64,000 bases of DNA, taken from contig NC_058132.1 of NCBI RefSeq assembly GCF_016433145.1, positions 660,936,475 to 661,000,474 of the forward strand, read 5' to 3'. This DNA is from Gracilinanus agilis. Taxonomy: Eukaryota. Position numbers and translations under genes: made by a program. The number at the start of each line of letters is the position of its first letter. The stretch's first letter is position 1. This document shows positions 51,940 to 64,000 of this stretch, in pieces. Below the pieces are notes generated by a model. The model was given only the letters and a program-made list of their open reading frames with translations, searched no databases and had not been told where the DNA came from.

Positions 51940-52063
51940 AAAAAATTAAAAACTCAGACTTCTTCTCTGGTATAAAGGGAGGGCCCCTCAAATTTTATGC
52001 AGATATTCCAGATTGTGGGGGCACTGAACCCCTAACTCCTACAATGTGGAGGAGATAATTATA
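51940..52063 (+). mobile_element. MarsTigger-like (Tc1/pogo) 3' fragment
   Basis: tcagacttcttctctggtataaagggagggcc...cccctaactcctacaatgtggaggagataatta. Confidence 0.7.
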
Positions 52064-52129
52064 TTATACAGTTAAGTTTTGTTTTAGGAAGGGCACTGAA
52101 AACTCAAGTTTCTGAAGGGGAACTAGGAT

Positions 52130-52700
52130 GGAAAAAAACTTTGAGTCATATTCTATTTAAGAAACTAGGGATTTATAGCCTGGTGAAAATTGACTGAAGG
52201 TTAGGGAAAGGAGGAAAAAATGTATATACATGCCCACACATCTATATATGTATATATAACTATGTGCAGCATATGGTATGTGCAAATATGCAATGTACGT
52301 GCAACATATGTCATATGTTTACACATATTTGTTAACTATATGGATATAGACATAACTAGATATATCTCAGGTAACTGAAGGATTCATAAATGGTAGAAAG
52401 CTTGGATTTCTTCTATATGTTCCTAGAGGATAGAACTAGAAGCAAAGAATTTGAATTTGCCAAAAAGAAAATTAGGTTTGATGTCAAGAAGGAAAAAAAA
52501 AAGTATGCTTTCTTAATCATTAGTATTGGCCCCAAGTGGAATGGGTTGCTTTTATAATTAGTGTATTCTTTCTCTTTGGACATCTTTCAGCAGATTGGAG
52601 GACCATTTGTCAGACGTTTCATGAAGGAAATTCCTTTTGGGTTGTTGGTTGGATGGGTGACTTGTTAGCTCCTTTCTAATTCTAAAATTTTAAGATTCAA
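52130..52700 (+). mobile_element. L3/CR1 3' end with AT-rich insertion
   Basis: gaggatagaactaga...ccccaagtggaatgggttgc...ggaggaccatttgtcag...tttctaattctaaaattttaagattc. Confidence 0.7.
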
Positions 52701-55700
52701 TTTAAATACACAAATGTATTATGAACAAAAGTAGAACTAAGTTTAAAAAAAGTAGCAAATGTAAATAAAAATTAGACATTGAGTCCCTTTCTTCTGCTTC
52801 TTCTCTCTCTATTTTTTAAACCCAATGCCTGGCTGTGAACTAGGATTTAGAAGGAATATCCTAAGAGTTGGAGAGGGTTGTATGGCTTGAGAATTTCAAA
52901 TATGACAAATTCAAGTCTGAGAAACAGTAGAAAATATGAAGATCAGCAAGAGAGAAGTTAATATAGTGGCCATTTTAAAATTGAAGGTATATGTAGGAGA
53001 GGACTAAGGAGCATGCCTGTTTTTTTGGGGGGTGGTATGGTGAGAAGAATCAATTATTATGTGATTTGGAAGACCTCATTTTGGATCTGAGGGATTATTT
53101 GTTTCATTGGTTAAGGTTTCTAAGGGGGAAAAAGCCTCCAGAAGAAAAAACTTAAAGATGACATTGAAACAGTCTAGGTGACAGGTAACTAGAGTCCAGA
53201 CAAAGGAAGTGACCATAATTTTAAAGAAGAAAAGGTAAATTCTTGAGAGATATGGGGGTTTTATTTTCTAACATGATTCCCCTCTCTCGAGTAGAAACTG
53301 GTAATGAGCCTGGCCTGTTTTCAACTTTACCCAAAGAAATTTATGTATTGAAATACCCAAGAGACCTCATTATAAGGCGATTTTGTACCTATAAGAGAGT
53401 CTCATAGTATGGAGGTCTAGGTCAAAATATATGATGCATTAGGAAGGAAACACAAACTACTGTTTAAGAAATATCTGTCTACTGGACATGAACAAGAACC
53501 AAAGGAGGCTCAAGTAACCATATTCTGTGCAGAATAGATAAGATGGATTGTATTTGGAAGGAGTGAGGTGTTTGAACGTGCATTCAACAGATATTTATTC
53601 AGTACTTCCTATGTGGAAGATGCTTTATGGTGCCCCAAATACCAATATTTAAATAACACGGCTTCTGCCCTAAATTATTTTTTCTTTATTTATATAGATG
53701 ATACAACCTAAAAATATCCTTCTTGAATTAGTAACGCTGTCCTATTTCCTGTCTTAATTAACAAGTGTCTTATTGTCTGATATTTAAATAAAATGTTCAA
53801 GAGATAAATGTTAGGGGCAAGAGAAGCAAATGAACCAATCCTTTGTCTCATTAGTTAATTAATTGCCAGTGATTCTCGGTGCCCACCAATTTGTACTTTA
53901 AAGATATAGGATTACTCTAGAACTGTTACTTATCCGTGTTTTTTGATATTGTATAATTTTCATCTTTGTCCTCACAAATTTTTCATTATCTAAAATAATA
54001 GGATTCTAGATCTTGGATATTAGCATGACACTCAAGCTGTTTATTTATCATTTCTCTGCCTCTTGATGTAACCAGCCCATCACCTTTCTCCATTATTTAT
54101 TTCTCTGAATGTTTATAATACACATGCCACGTTTTCATGGATAATTCTCAGGCACTCTTCATGCCTCTTCGCATTGTCCTTTAGTTATTTACTATATTGA
54201 TCTTGGAAAAAAAAAACAACTATAGTGTGGACAGCCATGGTGCATCACCAGAAAAATAGTAGTATGAAGATGGCAGTGTTGTATCTGAGGGAAGTTTGAG
54301 ATGTTTTATACTCAACAGATTCCAAAGACAATCCACTTACCCCCTCCTCTCCTTTCTTATGCAATGGTGAAGCCAACTCATTGTCTATCCTCATGGTATC
54401 CTTGGTATTTTTATCGGTATACATGTGGGGACTATTCATGTAAGCAGCTCAAGTCTATAACAAGATGGTGAACCACTACAGAAAGCAGTTGGATATTTTT
54501 CCAGTGGATTTAGGAGTGACCTATATATTTCAGATTATGAAAGAATTAAGGAAGAATATGTTCTACTCCTAATTTATACATATATTATATTCCATTTATG
54601 TTTTATGTTATGTCATATTTTATATTCTGATGTGAGATATACAATATTAATAGAACATGAGATTAATAGTAATTATAATGCAAAATTAATATAATATAGT
54701 GTATCTATATCATACAGACTGATTTCTTTTCTCTTTTCTTAATTTCTTCATAACCCAAAGTGCAATTCATCCCCCAGTGTGCTGAAAAAAAAGCATCCAA
54801 TTTCCTTCAAGGGTGGTTCACCATTAAAAAAAAAATACAGATGGACCACTTGCCTTGAAGATGCTATTGACTCTTTGACACTTTTTAACCTTCTCCACCA
54901 TCCATCTAAATCTTATGGACCAACTGGAAGATTTGTAGATACTTTCTGCAGCTTGACTTTTTATTTGTTCTGACTTTCTATACATATTAACACCATCCTT
55001 GCAAACTGCCCCCAACCCCATGCTCACTTCCAGCCAAAATTCTATTTCTCAAAAGTGGAGCATCTTAACTTGAGAACACAAATATAAAAGTTGCAAGAAT
55101 AGAGCTTCCTTATACATGATCAGTTGAAAAAATGTTTTCATTTGAAGCAGATTGGGGATATTTGCAGTGACCCTAACAGCAGTGAGATCAAGTTTACAGC
55201 TTTTTCTATGGCCAGAAAGCACCAAGGATCAATTTGTTTCAGTGTTTGCTAGCTTCTGCTGCTGCTCTTAGCCCATTTGTCATACCTGCCATTATCTTTT
55301 TGTCCTGGGATAGTTGTTTTTCCTCTACAGTCCTCAACCAGGACAAGTATTTCCAATAGCTCTCTCACTCTCAGACACACTCTAGGAATCAGTCTTTTTC
55401 CATGAGATCAGGACTTTTCTCCCTAATTTACCCTCTGCAAATTTTTCTTCTACTTAACTTTGTATTTTCATCTTAGCTATTTTAAAAATAACATTAAATT
55501 ATTGCAGGAAGTGAAATATTTTTGATGTAGAGTTAAATAACTGAAAATAATACACTGTGATGATGGAGTTCTTAACTCATTACCAGACTCAAACAACAAC
55601 AAAATGGTAAAAAAAAAAGAAAGGTTTCCTTGGAAGACAAATTTAGACCCTATTTTTTCTATTGTTCATTCACTGAAGATGAATAGGAGTTTGAGAGAGC

Positions 55701-56544
55701 ATAAAAGGTTGCTTGGTAGCTCACATTTAACTGGAACACAAATTAAAATACCTTTTCTTCCTTTTGTATGCTCCTCAGACACATCCCTGCCTCTCTACAC
55801 ACTCTGGGAGCACACGATGTGAATGCTGCCGAGAGAGATGAATCCTTAAATGTATAATGAAATAGAAAGTCCACAGGAATGGAACAAATAAGCAAGATTA
55901 GAAGGATGAATGTCTAAGCATTAAACCTTGATTTAGTAGCTAATGGAAAATGGATGATGGCTTGGAAAATATTCCGTGAATGTACCAGAGCATCTATTTG
56001 AAGTGTTATGATTTGGCAGAGAACAGATATATGATTGGATTCAGCAAAGGGAATTATTAGTAATGAAGCATATGGATTTGGTTGTAGAAATGGAACATAG
56101 ATGTATTCCTATGGCTATTTGCAGCTCTAAACATTTTTACACATCATTCTGCTTTGTCTTTTTTTTAAATCTTAAAATCTTCTGCTTAATGACTATGTTG
56201 TATTTATTTCAAGTATTCAATCACTTAATGTTTATTTGTTTGTATTTATCCTGGCCCTGAAATAATCATGACAGCTTGGTGAGAATACTAGTAAATGAGT
56301 CAGAACACTAGATTTAAGCATCAAAGAGAGTCTCAATTTATAAAATGGGTGACCATAGACAAACTGTTGATTCCTGTTTCTCTGGTTCCTCACACATAAA
56401 ATTTGGAGAATAACACACTTCTTGGAAGTTATTATTACACTAATATTGTATGCCATTAATTAGCTTGTGACCTTGCCAAATTATTTTCTCTAGAATATTC
56501 TCCCCCCCCCCTCTCTCTCTCTCCTAAGACCATTGCCTTCTCTC

Positions 56545-56722
56545 TTAAAAATGATATGCAGTATTGTTTCCAAGGTAGAAGAGCCATAGGGCTAGGAAAT
56601 TGGGGTAAAGTGACTTGCCCTGGGTCATACAGTTGGAAAATATCTGAGGGTAGATTTGAAACCAGAACCTCTTATCTCCAAGCTTGGCTCTCTATTCATG
56701 GAGCTACCTTGCTGTCCCTAGG
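56545..56722 (-). mobile_element. Opossum SINE
   Basis: gtgacttgccctgggtcatacag...gatttgaaaccagaacctc...gctaccttgctgtccc. Confidence 0.8.
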
Positions 56723-56984
56723 ATATAATATTAATAAAATATTAGTATAGCTGTCGAATTAAGGAATTGGACTAAATGACTTCTAGGGGCCCATGAAACC
56801 AAAGGTCCTGAGAAGCATTCGGCCATGGAATTAGGAAAAACTGAATGCACATTCAACAGCACACACACTTCCTAGTTGTGGGAGCCAATAGAAACCCCAC
56901 AGAAGCATTTGTGATGTTATGTCTGGAAAGTAAGAGGCACTGGATTTATATTTTCTTTAATAGAGAAAATTAAAAATTATACTT

Positions 56985-57200
56985 AAAAAATAAAAACCTC
57001 TTATATCCTGTCTTTGAATTAGTAATCTGCCTTTGAATCAGAATTAGAATATGGCCGAAGAGTGATAAATGCTAGGTAATGTGGGTTAAATGACTTGCCC
57101 AGGGTCATATGGCTAGGAAGTATCTGAGGTCAAATTTGAACCCAGGACCTCCCATCTCCAGACCTGGCTCTCCATCCACTGAGCCACCTGCCTGCCAACC
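56985..57200 (-). mobile_element. Opossum SINE
   Basis: gttaaatgacttgcccagggtca...tctgaggtcaaatttgaacccaggacctcccatctccag...ccactgagccacctgcctgcc. Confidence 0.85.
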
Positions 57201-57800
57201 CCCAACTATTTTTCTTTTAGTTCCTCTTTCCATACCACTTGCTGCCATCTTGATGCATGCCCTCATCCCCTCTCACCTGTGCTATTGCACTAGGTTTCTA
57301 GTTTGTCTCCTTACCTGTCTTCCCTTTATTCCATTTCTAACAATGGGATTTTCCTGATGTGAATTCCACCCACGTCAACACTCCAATAAATTTCAATGGC
57401 TCCCTAACAAATAGGATATAAAATATGAAAATCCCCTGTTTAACATTTAAAACCCTTTTCAGCCTAAGTACTTCCTATCTTTCCAGGGTTTTGATACTCT
57501 TCTTTCTCCTACACTCTGTGACTCAGCAACAATGACTCCCTTGTTGTTTCTGCCATGTTACATCCATAGATTCACTCTCCTCCTTTCCACTGGATTTCTT
57601 GCATGCTTGGGATACTCTCCTTCCTCCGTTGCGTCCTTGTTTCTTTGGCATCCTTCAAGCATCATCCAATCCCAGCTATTGTAAGAAGCCTTTGGTACCC
57701 TGCCATCTTCCCTGCTACTGCCTTCCCATTGAGATTGCCTTCCATTTACATCATACATATCTTTTATTATCCAGTTTCTTACATGCTTTCTCCTTTAGAG
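57200..57800 (+). mobile_element. L2 fragment
   Basis: ctccaataaatttcaatggctccct...catgcttgggatactctcc. Confidence 0.6.
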
Positions 57801-60800
57801 AATGATCTTCTTAAGGTTAGGTATTTTCATTGCCTAAGAAAGGTCATATATCTTCAAAATTTAAGGCATTTCCTCTTCACCTTTAGGACAGAGACCTGTA
57901 TTTTTAAGTCTTGACATTTTAACTCATAGATCTACTATTAGGAAACAATTTCCAGTTAAACCAGGCATCACTGATTTGGTCTGAAAGATCCCGATTTTGC
58001 CTGAGAACATCTCTTTCGTTATGATTATCCAGTATTGCCATTGTGCATTTGAGTCCAAATTTCACAGGAATCTTTCTCAAGACAAAAATAGGCCCTCATT
58101 TCCCTTTTTACTTTTGTCGCACTTTTATGTTCAGCAGCACCAGCTCATCTCTTAAATCTCCAAAGAAATCACCTCTGCACTATTGCCTACGGCAAACACT
58201 TTCAGAGAAGGCTCAGGCTGATGTGTGGGCAGTGTAAGCTTCCCCAAAGACAATGGATATGTCCAAACTAAGCAGCTGCAAAATTGGCTCCTTCCAGTCT
58301 ATACAGGCCATGGGAGAATTGAAAAGAAATATGAGAAAATCTTGGCTCCCCTCAACCTGAGAGGAGGGAGAAGCCAATGGGCAAAAGCTATGAGTAAAGT
58401 CCTTGGCTGAGATGCCATTTCCTGATATTGCTCTTTGGATTTATTACGATGTTTTAGAAGTGTTGCTTTCTTATTTCATTTTGGGTCACTTAGTTCTTTT
58501 AATTCTTTTGAAAACTGAGTCTATGAATGGATTGATTAGCAGAGATATTGTAGTATGCTGTACTAGAATTGAATGAATCAAGAAAGCTTGCATATGCATC
58601 CTAGTTGTGTCATTAATTTCCTGTATGCCTATGGATAAGACATTTAACTACATGTTCAAATGAACTACCGCACTCATCTAACAAAAGGCAAGTAGAATGT
58701 CCCCAGCTTGAGATTTTCTCTGATGTGTTAAGCCCTATATTTGTAGCTTGAGGAGTTCTAGGGTTCCTTACAGTTTTAAATATAGAATAAATTCCAAATT
58801 ACTATCTGCCTTGAGTGAGCCACATATAGGGACACCTTATCATGCCTTCATTTGCTATAAGACATGATTTTATATTATATAGATCTCCCTTTCAATAAAA
58901 ACATGATAAAATTGAGTCAGCATAAAGCAAACAAACAAAAAAAAAACATGATGTCTTTCTATGCTACATTAAAGAGAATCAGGAATAAAAATCAAATGCC
59001 CTTTTCTTTTCCTTTTCCTTTCCCCTTCATCTTTCCTTCTCCTTTCCCTTTCAGAGACCGCTGTCCAAGGTGAACCTGAAAGATGAAGAAACTCCTCTAT
59101 TTACAGTTAGAGAAAGCTAAGCATCACCCAATTCATTGTGCTCTGGGAGGAAAGGGCACTAAGAACTCCAGGTCCCAGAGAACTATGGAACATATACCCC
59201 AGACATTGTTGTGTGAAGGTACTCACTTCTTCTCTCCCTCAACTCACACCCAAATCTTCTTTTTGGCTATGGTAATCAAGAGTTGTACTTGTAGTTACAG
59301 TGTGAGAGTTTGTTTTGATATTGTATTTAAAATATTTAATCTGTTCAAGTTTCTTTTCTTTCTCTTGTTTTGTTTTTAGATCACTTTTGTTTCTGGATGC
59401 ATTTCATACTGTCTACACCCACCACTGAGCTTTCCCATGTAAGAAGCAAAAACAGCTGACACTATTTGAGTGTATAGTGTTTTGTACCCGGGCTCCATAT
59501 CCCCAATGAAAGGAAGATGGTGCCTCTTCTTTCTCTAGACAGCCAGTGACTCTTCCTTGTTCAGAATTGCATTTTCACATTTTAGGGTTGTGATTTTCAA
59601 ATGCTTTTGAAAAAGAAAGGGGGCCTAAGCACTGGGCATTCCATATACAGCAATAAATATTTTAAAAATGTTTGTGCAATGGGATGGAATTGAAAGGTAA
59701 GTTTCTTATGGAGCCATAGCAGACTGCTATAGTCAAGAAGCAAATTGTCTGTGCCTCTTGTTAGGAATGCCAAGGCATGGTGCAGTTTGTATTAATATCT
59801 ATATCTTAAATCCTTCTGTTATCCAAGTGATGTATCTGGTCCATTGTCAATGAAATAAAATGTTATTACAGGATAATGGTCTCTATCCACAAGATAAATG
59901 CCAAAGTAAAGCCGAGTCATTTATTTCCTAACCTGGAACATTGCTCCTGTGACACTGGGTGATTAGAAAGGCTCAGACTTTCTTCAAACCGATGATTGAT
60001 TGATGTAGGTAGGATTGTTCATTCTTATGGACAGCTATTCGCTTGTGTTATTATTGAATCACTTTGGTAAAATAGGCTTTTAGGAGTAAAAAAAAAACAG
60101 GGTCAAAAAGCATGAGAAGAAAAGTTCAAGTTATAATACTTTTCTCCTCCTTACAGAAGGTTAACTTAGAAACATTGATGAAAAAAATGGCCTCATCCTA
60201 ATGTCAATAGAAAATAGGATCCAGTCAAGAAGTAAGTGAAATGAATGTTTAAAGATTGGCTAATTTAACCTTCCTCTAAATATGGTGTCAAAGATTTGAT
60301 AATATATTTTTAAAATTAACAACTCATTTCTCCACTTGCTTCAAAGTTATAAAACTATGAAATGAATGACTTTTCCCTCATATATCACATGTGATCTTCC
60401 AAACTCTGTGTCTTTGTAATGGTGGTACTCTCTGTCTGAAATATACTCCTTATTTATTACAGTTCTTTGGAATTTCTAGTTTCCTTCCAGACATGAATCT
60501 AGAGTCAACTCTTAAAGAAACACTTTTTTCTCTCTGATTGTTTTGGTGATTAAAGAGCTTTACTTCTTTGAATGACTTTGTATAATTTGGTTTATAATTT
60601 CATTTTATTTACTGAAGTACATATTGTGTCCCTCAAGGGGAAAACAGTTGAGGACAGAGACTTATTTTTATATTTGCAGAGCCTGCTACAAAATAGGTGA
60701 TCAAGAAATATTTAATATAATTGAAATTAGTGGTCTTTATTATTAAACTAGCATAGAGTGAATAATCATTTGCAAGATTGAAACTATGGGAAGTTACGTT

Positions 60801-61659
60801 TTTGTTTTGTTTTATTTTATTTTGGAAAGAAATAACCATTTTCTTTCCTTTTCCTCCCCCCCAAATAATGCGCCTAAGATTATAATTGAAAGGAAAAATA
60901 ACATGTGTATAAGAATATATGTATGTATGTATGTATATACACATATGTATATATTCAATCTTCATTTAATCTGTTTTAATTAAAGACCTGGATTGGAGTA
61001 GGATAAATTGGAACACAAAACAAGGTAAACTAGTTTGGATTCTGAAAAGTAATTTTTGTAGAAGAAATAATGAATAAGGAAAAGACAATAATGCTGTTCT
61101 TAGCACAACTTATTGTGCCTATGAAATAGTAATCCCTAGCATAGAGTCATTACATTGTCTTTCCATCATTAAAAAGAGCTGAGATCTATTATACTTACCT
61201 TTCTTCAGCTTATTCACTAATGCAAATGATCCTGCACCTTTTGTTTTGTGTTTTGAAATGAGTTCAATAGTATCAGAGAAAAAAAGGCCTCCCATAGGAT
61301 ACAGCTTTTCTAGATACGAAACCTACGGAAAGGCCAGTTATTTATCTGAAATAACCATTAGGGGCAGGGGATGCCTCTGTTCTTAAAGCAAGAGATCTTT
61401 ATGCGATTCCTCCCTCCAAATTATTTTCCACTGAACGTATTGTGGCTGGATCCTGCAATGAATGTTTTTGTTTCTGTTATTGGCAAAGGTCCTTCAATCT
61501 AGATTGGAGAGATGCTATTTCTGATTGAGCTGAAGAACAGGCTGGCTTTCTGTTTCTCCCAGGCATGGAATCACTTTGGCATAGAATTATAAAATCTCAG
61601 CTCTATGCAACCAACAATTTTTAGCAACCACCAATACCACCCAAATAATCTCCATTACA

Positions 61660-62010
61660 CTATTACTAGCAAATAATCATCCAACTTTCATGAAAGGACC
61701 TTCATGAAAGAAACTCACTACCTGCAGAGGTAGGTCATTCCACTTTTGCCTAGCTCTTTTGTAGGGCAATTTTTCTTCCATTAGAGGTAACTTGGAATCT
61801 GAGTCTTTTTAAATTCCTCTTTCAGAAGACAACACTTCTCAAGATTGAAGACAGCTATCATATTTCCCACCGTTTTCTCTCTTTCAGATTAAATATCCCA
61901 AGTTCTTTTACTTGATTCTCGCATGGCATGTACTAAAGGTCTTTCAGGATCCTAATTGTTTTCCTCTCCAACTAAAAGGAGACTCTCCAACTAGTCAATG
62001 TCCTTCCTAA
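61660..62010 (-). mobile_element. L3/CR1 fragment
   Basis: gaaactcactacctgcagaggtaggtcattccacttttg...aaatatcccaagttcttt. Confidence 0.65.
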
Positions 62011-62659
62011 GATAAGAATAAATAGTACCTCACTCAGAAGCACAACCTATCCAATGGGTTATCCAATTGGCTTTCCCACTGTTGTAAGTATCAGACTCAT
62101 TCCTAGGAAATCTGAGTGAGAAAAATAGCAACAGAAAAATCTCTTGAAAAATATCACTTGTTTTGGTAGAAGACTATTGGATTTGGAGCTTCTACTACTT
62201 ACCTTATGTATGAGTTGAGTAAGGTCCCTTCAATTCTCATGACCTCCATTTTCTCATCTATAAAGCAGAGTAAGTCATTCCTTAGGCAACTTACTCACAT
62301 GTCCTCTGATTTCACGATCACCTTTCTATGCTCAGTGACTCTGAGGGCTGAAATAACAGAATAAATTAAGCATCTACTGTCACATGACATCCAAAGCCTG
62401 GGAATTAGTTTCAGTCAGCAATGAGGAATTCCACACTGAAGAAAATTCTTTGGCTTTCACCATAACATGAAGGACCAGTCAGATGTCCAAGGCTGTGTGA
62501 AGAGTAAATCAAACTTTCTTTGTCTATCAATCAGCAAATTTTAAATTAATCAATCAAGAACTTAAAGTACCCTTGCCAGTCACTAAGTAGGAGAGTTCAC
62601 AAGTCGCTTGCCAGAGTGGGTGACAACTCCAGAGGCCACTGACCATCCCTTGGGCAGTA

Positions 62660-62860
62660 CTGTAAGAATTATAAAATTTAGGTGTTTTTTTTGCTAATAT
62701 GAGAATTCTAAAGTAATATTGTGGTCACCGATTTAAAGATACTATAACTTAAGTCAAAATAACTTTAGTAGCTTTTATTACAAAGAGGTAGAAAGAGTAA
62801 AAGTGGGAAAATGTAAGAAGGTAGAGAATTATCTAGCCTATCACCCTAAATGCTGCTCTG
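62660..62860. mobile_element. LTR-like fragment
   Basis: Begins tgtaagaatta; ttgtggtcaccgattt...actttagtagcttttattacaaagagg resembles opossum ERV LTR ends (from memory). Confidence 0.35.
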
Positions 62861-63268
62861 GTTCTAGAAGTTAGCACCATACATGAAATGTAAGAGATTC
62901 TAGGTAAATGCTAGTTGACTAAATGAATCTGAGTTTCTTCATCAATAAGACTGAGAGACTCATGAAATAGACCTTAGAGGGTTGTTGTGGAGATTACATG
63001 AGGTAACACACATAAAGTGCTTTTCAATCTTTACAAGTACCAAATATATGTGAGTTATTAAGTGCTTCTAGGACCATAAGGGACAAGTAACAAGTCAAGG
63101 AGAGAAGCCTTTTTACTTTCTTACTCCGAATATATCCTTCTTCCTCCTTGTTCCTCTTGGAAATCAGCTGTATGGTATCAGAAAATGCAGCCCAAAAGAT
63201 TCAGAATATTTGCTCTTCCTGAGGGGATCCTTTGTGAGGTCAGTAGATATGGAGATAAACCATTTATT

Positions 63269-63460
63269 TTTTTTTTCATTTTTAAACCCTTAACTTCTGT
63301 GTATTGGCTCCTAGGTGAAAGAGTGGTGAGGGTGGGCAATGGGGGTCAAGTGACTTGCCCAGGGTCACACAGCTGGGAAGTGTCTGAGGCCAGATTTGAA
63401 CCTAAGACCTCCCGTCTCTAGGCCTGACTCTCAATCCACTGAGCTACCCAGCTGCCCCCT
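63269..63460 (-). mobile_element. SINE1_Mdo-like SINE, young, 9-bp TSD
   Basis: Intact A-box tagctcagtgg and B-box ggttcaaatct; TSD ccatttatt at 63260-63268 and 63461-63469. Confidence 0.94.
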
Positions 63461-63479
63461 CCATTTATTAACTTAACAT

Positions 63480-63870
63480 TAATAAAATCTCACTCTGGGT
63501 CACTGTGTGAAACAGCAACTTACTGCTGCTCTATTTAATGTAAATGGAATTCTTACCACAAGCTGATCAGTAGATTCTACAATTAAGTCTTGGCTTAGCC
63601 ATCATTCCACCTCCCCCTCTTATCTTCCTTTCTTTGCCAAAGTTCTTGGAAAAGTATGTTTTCACCCAGTGCCTGCACTTCCTTCCCAGCCCTTCCCTCT
63701 TTATTCTCCTGTCTGGTTCTGATTGTAGATCACTTCTTTGTGGAAAAGGCTTTTCCCAAGGTCACCCATGAGCTCTTTATAAGCCAGGCCCCCAGATCTG
63801 ATATCCAAATTCTATTTCTCTAATTTACTGCAGCATTTGACACTATGGACTATGTCATTCTCTTTGTCAG
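63480..63870 (+). mobile_element. L2 reverse-transcriptase fragment
   Basis: Degenerate LPF.AKVL.K, .KVT.EL and AAFDT.D motifs. Confidence 0.7.
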
Positions 63871-64000
63871 TCAGTCAATAAACATTTATCAAGGGCCTAA
63901 TACATGCCAGACATTGTACTAAGTACGATGGTAGCCTCTTCCCATCCTTTACTGATCCACCTTCCACTAATACTGTATACATCTTGGATGGACATAGATG

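Noticed and set aside
1-64000. CRISPR arrays, tRNA/rRNA genes, NUMTs, prokaryotic systems
   Set aside because: None seen. The sequence is mammalian repeat-rich DNA, and tRNA-like A/B boxes occur only within SINE heads.

Overview
AT-rich, CpG-depleted marsupial genomic DNA, most likely a didelphid opossum such as Monodelphis. The assignment rests on SINE1_Mdo-like and MAR1 CORE-SINEs, opossum-type L1 3' ends, RTE and MarsTigger fragments, and OposCharlie-type hAT MITEs. The window looks intronic or intergenic. It is mostly old MIR/L2/L3 fragments, younger SINEs and L1 3' ends (several with target-site duplications), hAT/Tigger MITEs, putative LTR remnants, microsatellites and three N-gaps. I recognise no protein-coding gene; the listed ORFs are best explained by repeats, low complexity or chance. 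I found no convincing novel biological system. The best leads are modest: (i) a hAT MITE family carrying a CTCF-like core motif, with two copies in convergent orientation about 20 kb apart; (ii) a unique CpG-retaining element with paired TAATCC sites and back-to-back CTCF-like motifs at 18.8-19.0 kb; (iii) a few isolated exon-like segments that may be decoys. Repeat family names come from recalled consensus sequences, not a database search. Most repeat boundaries are approximate.
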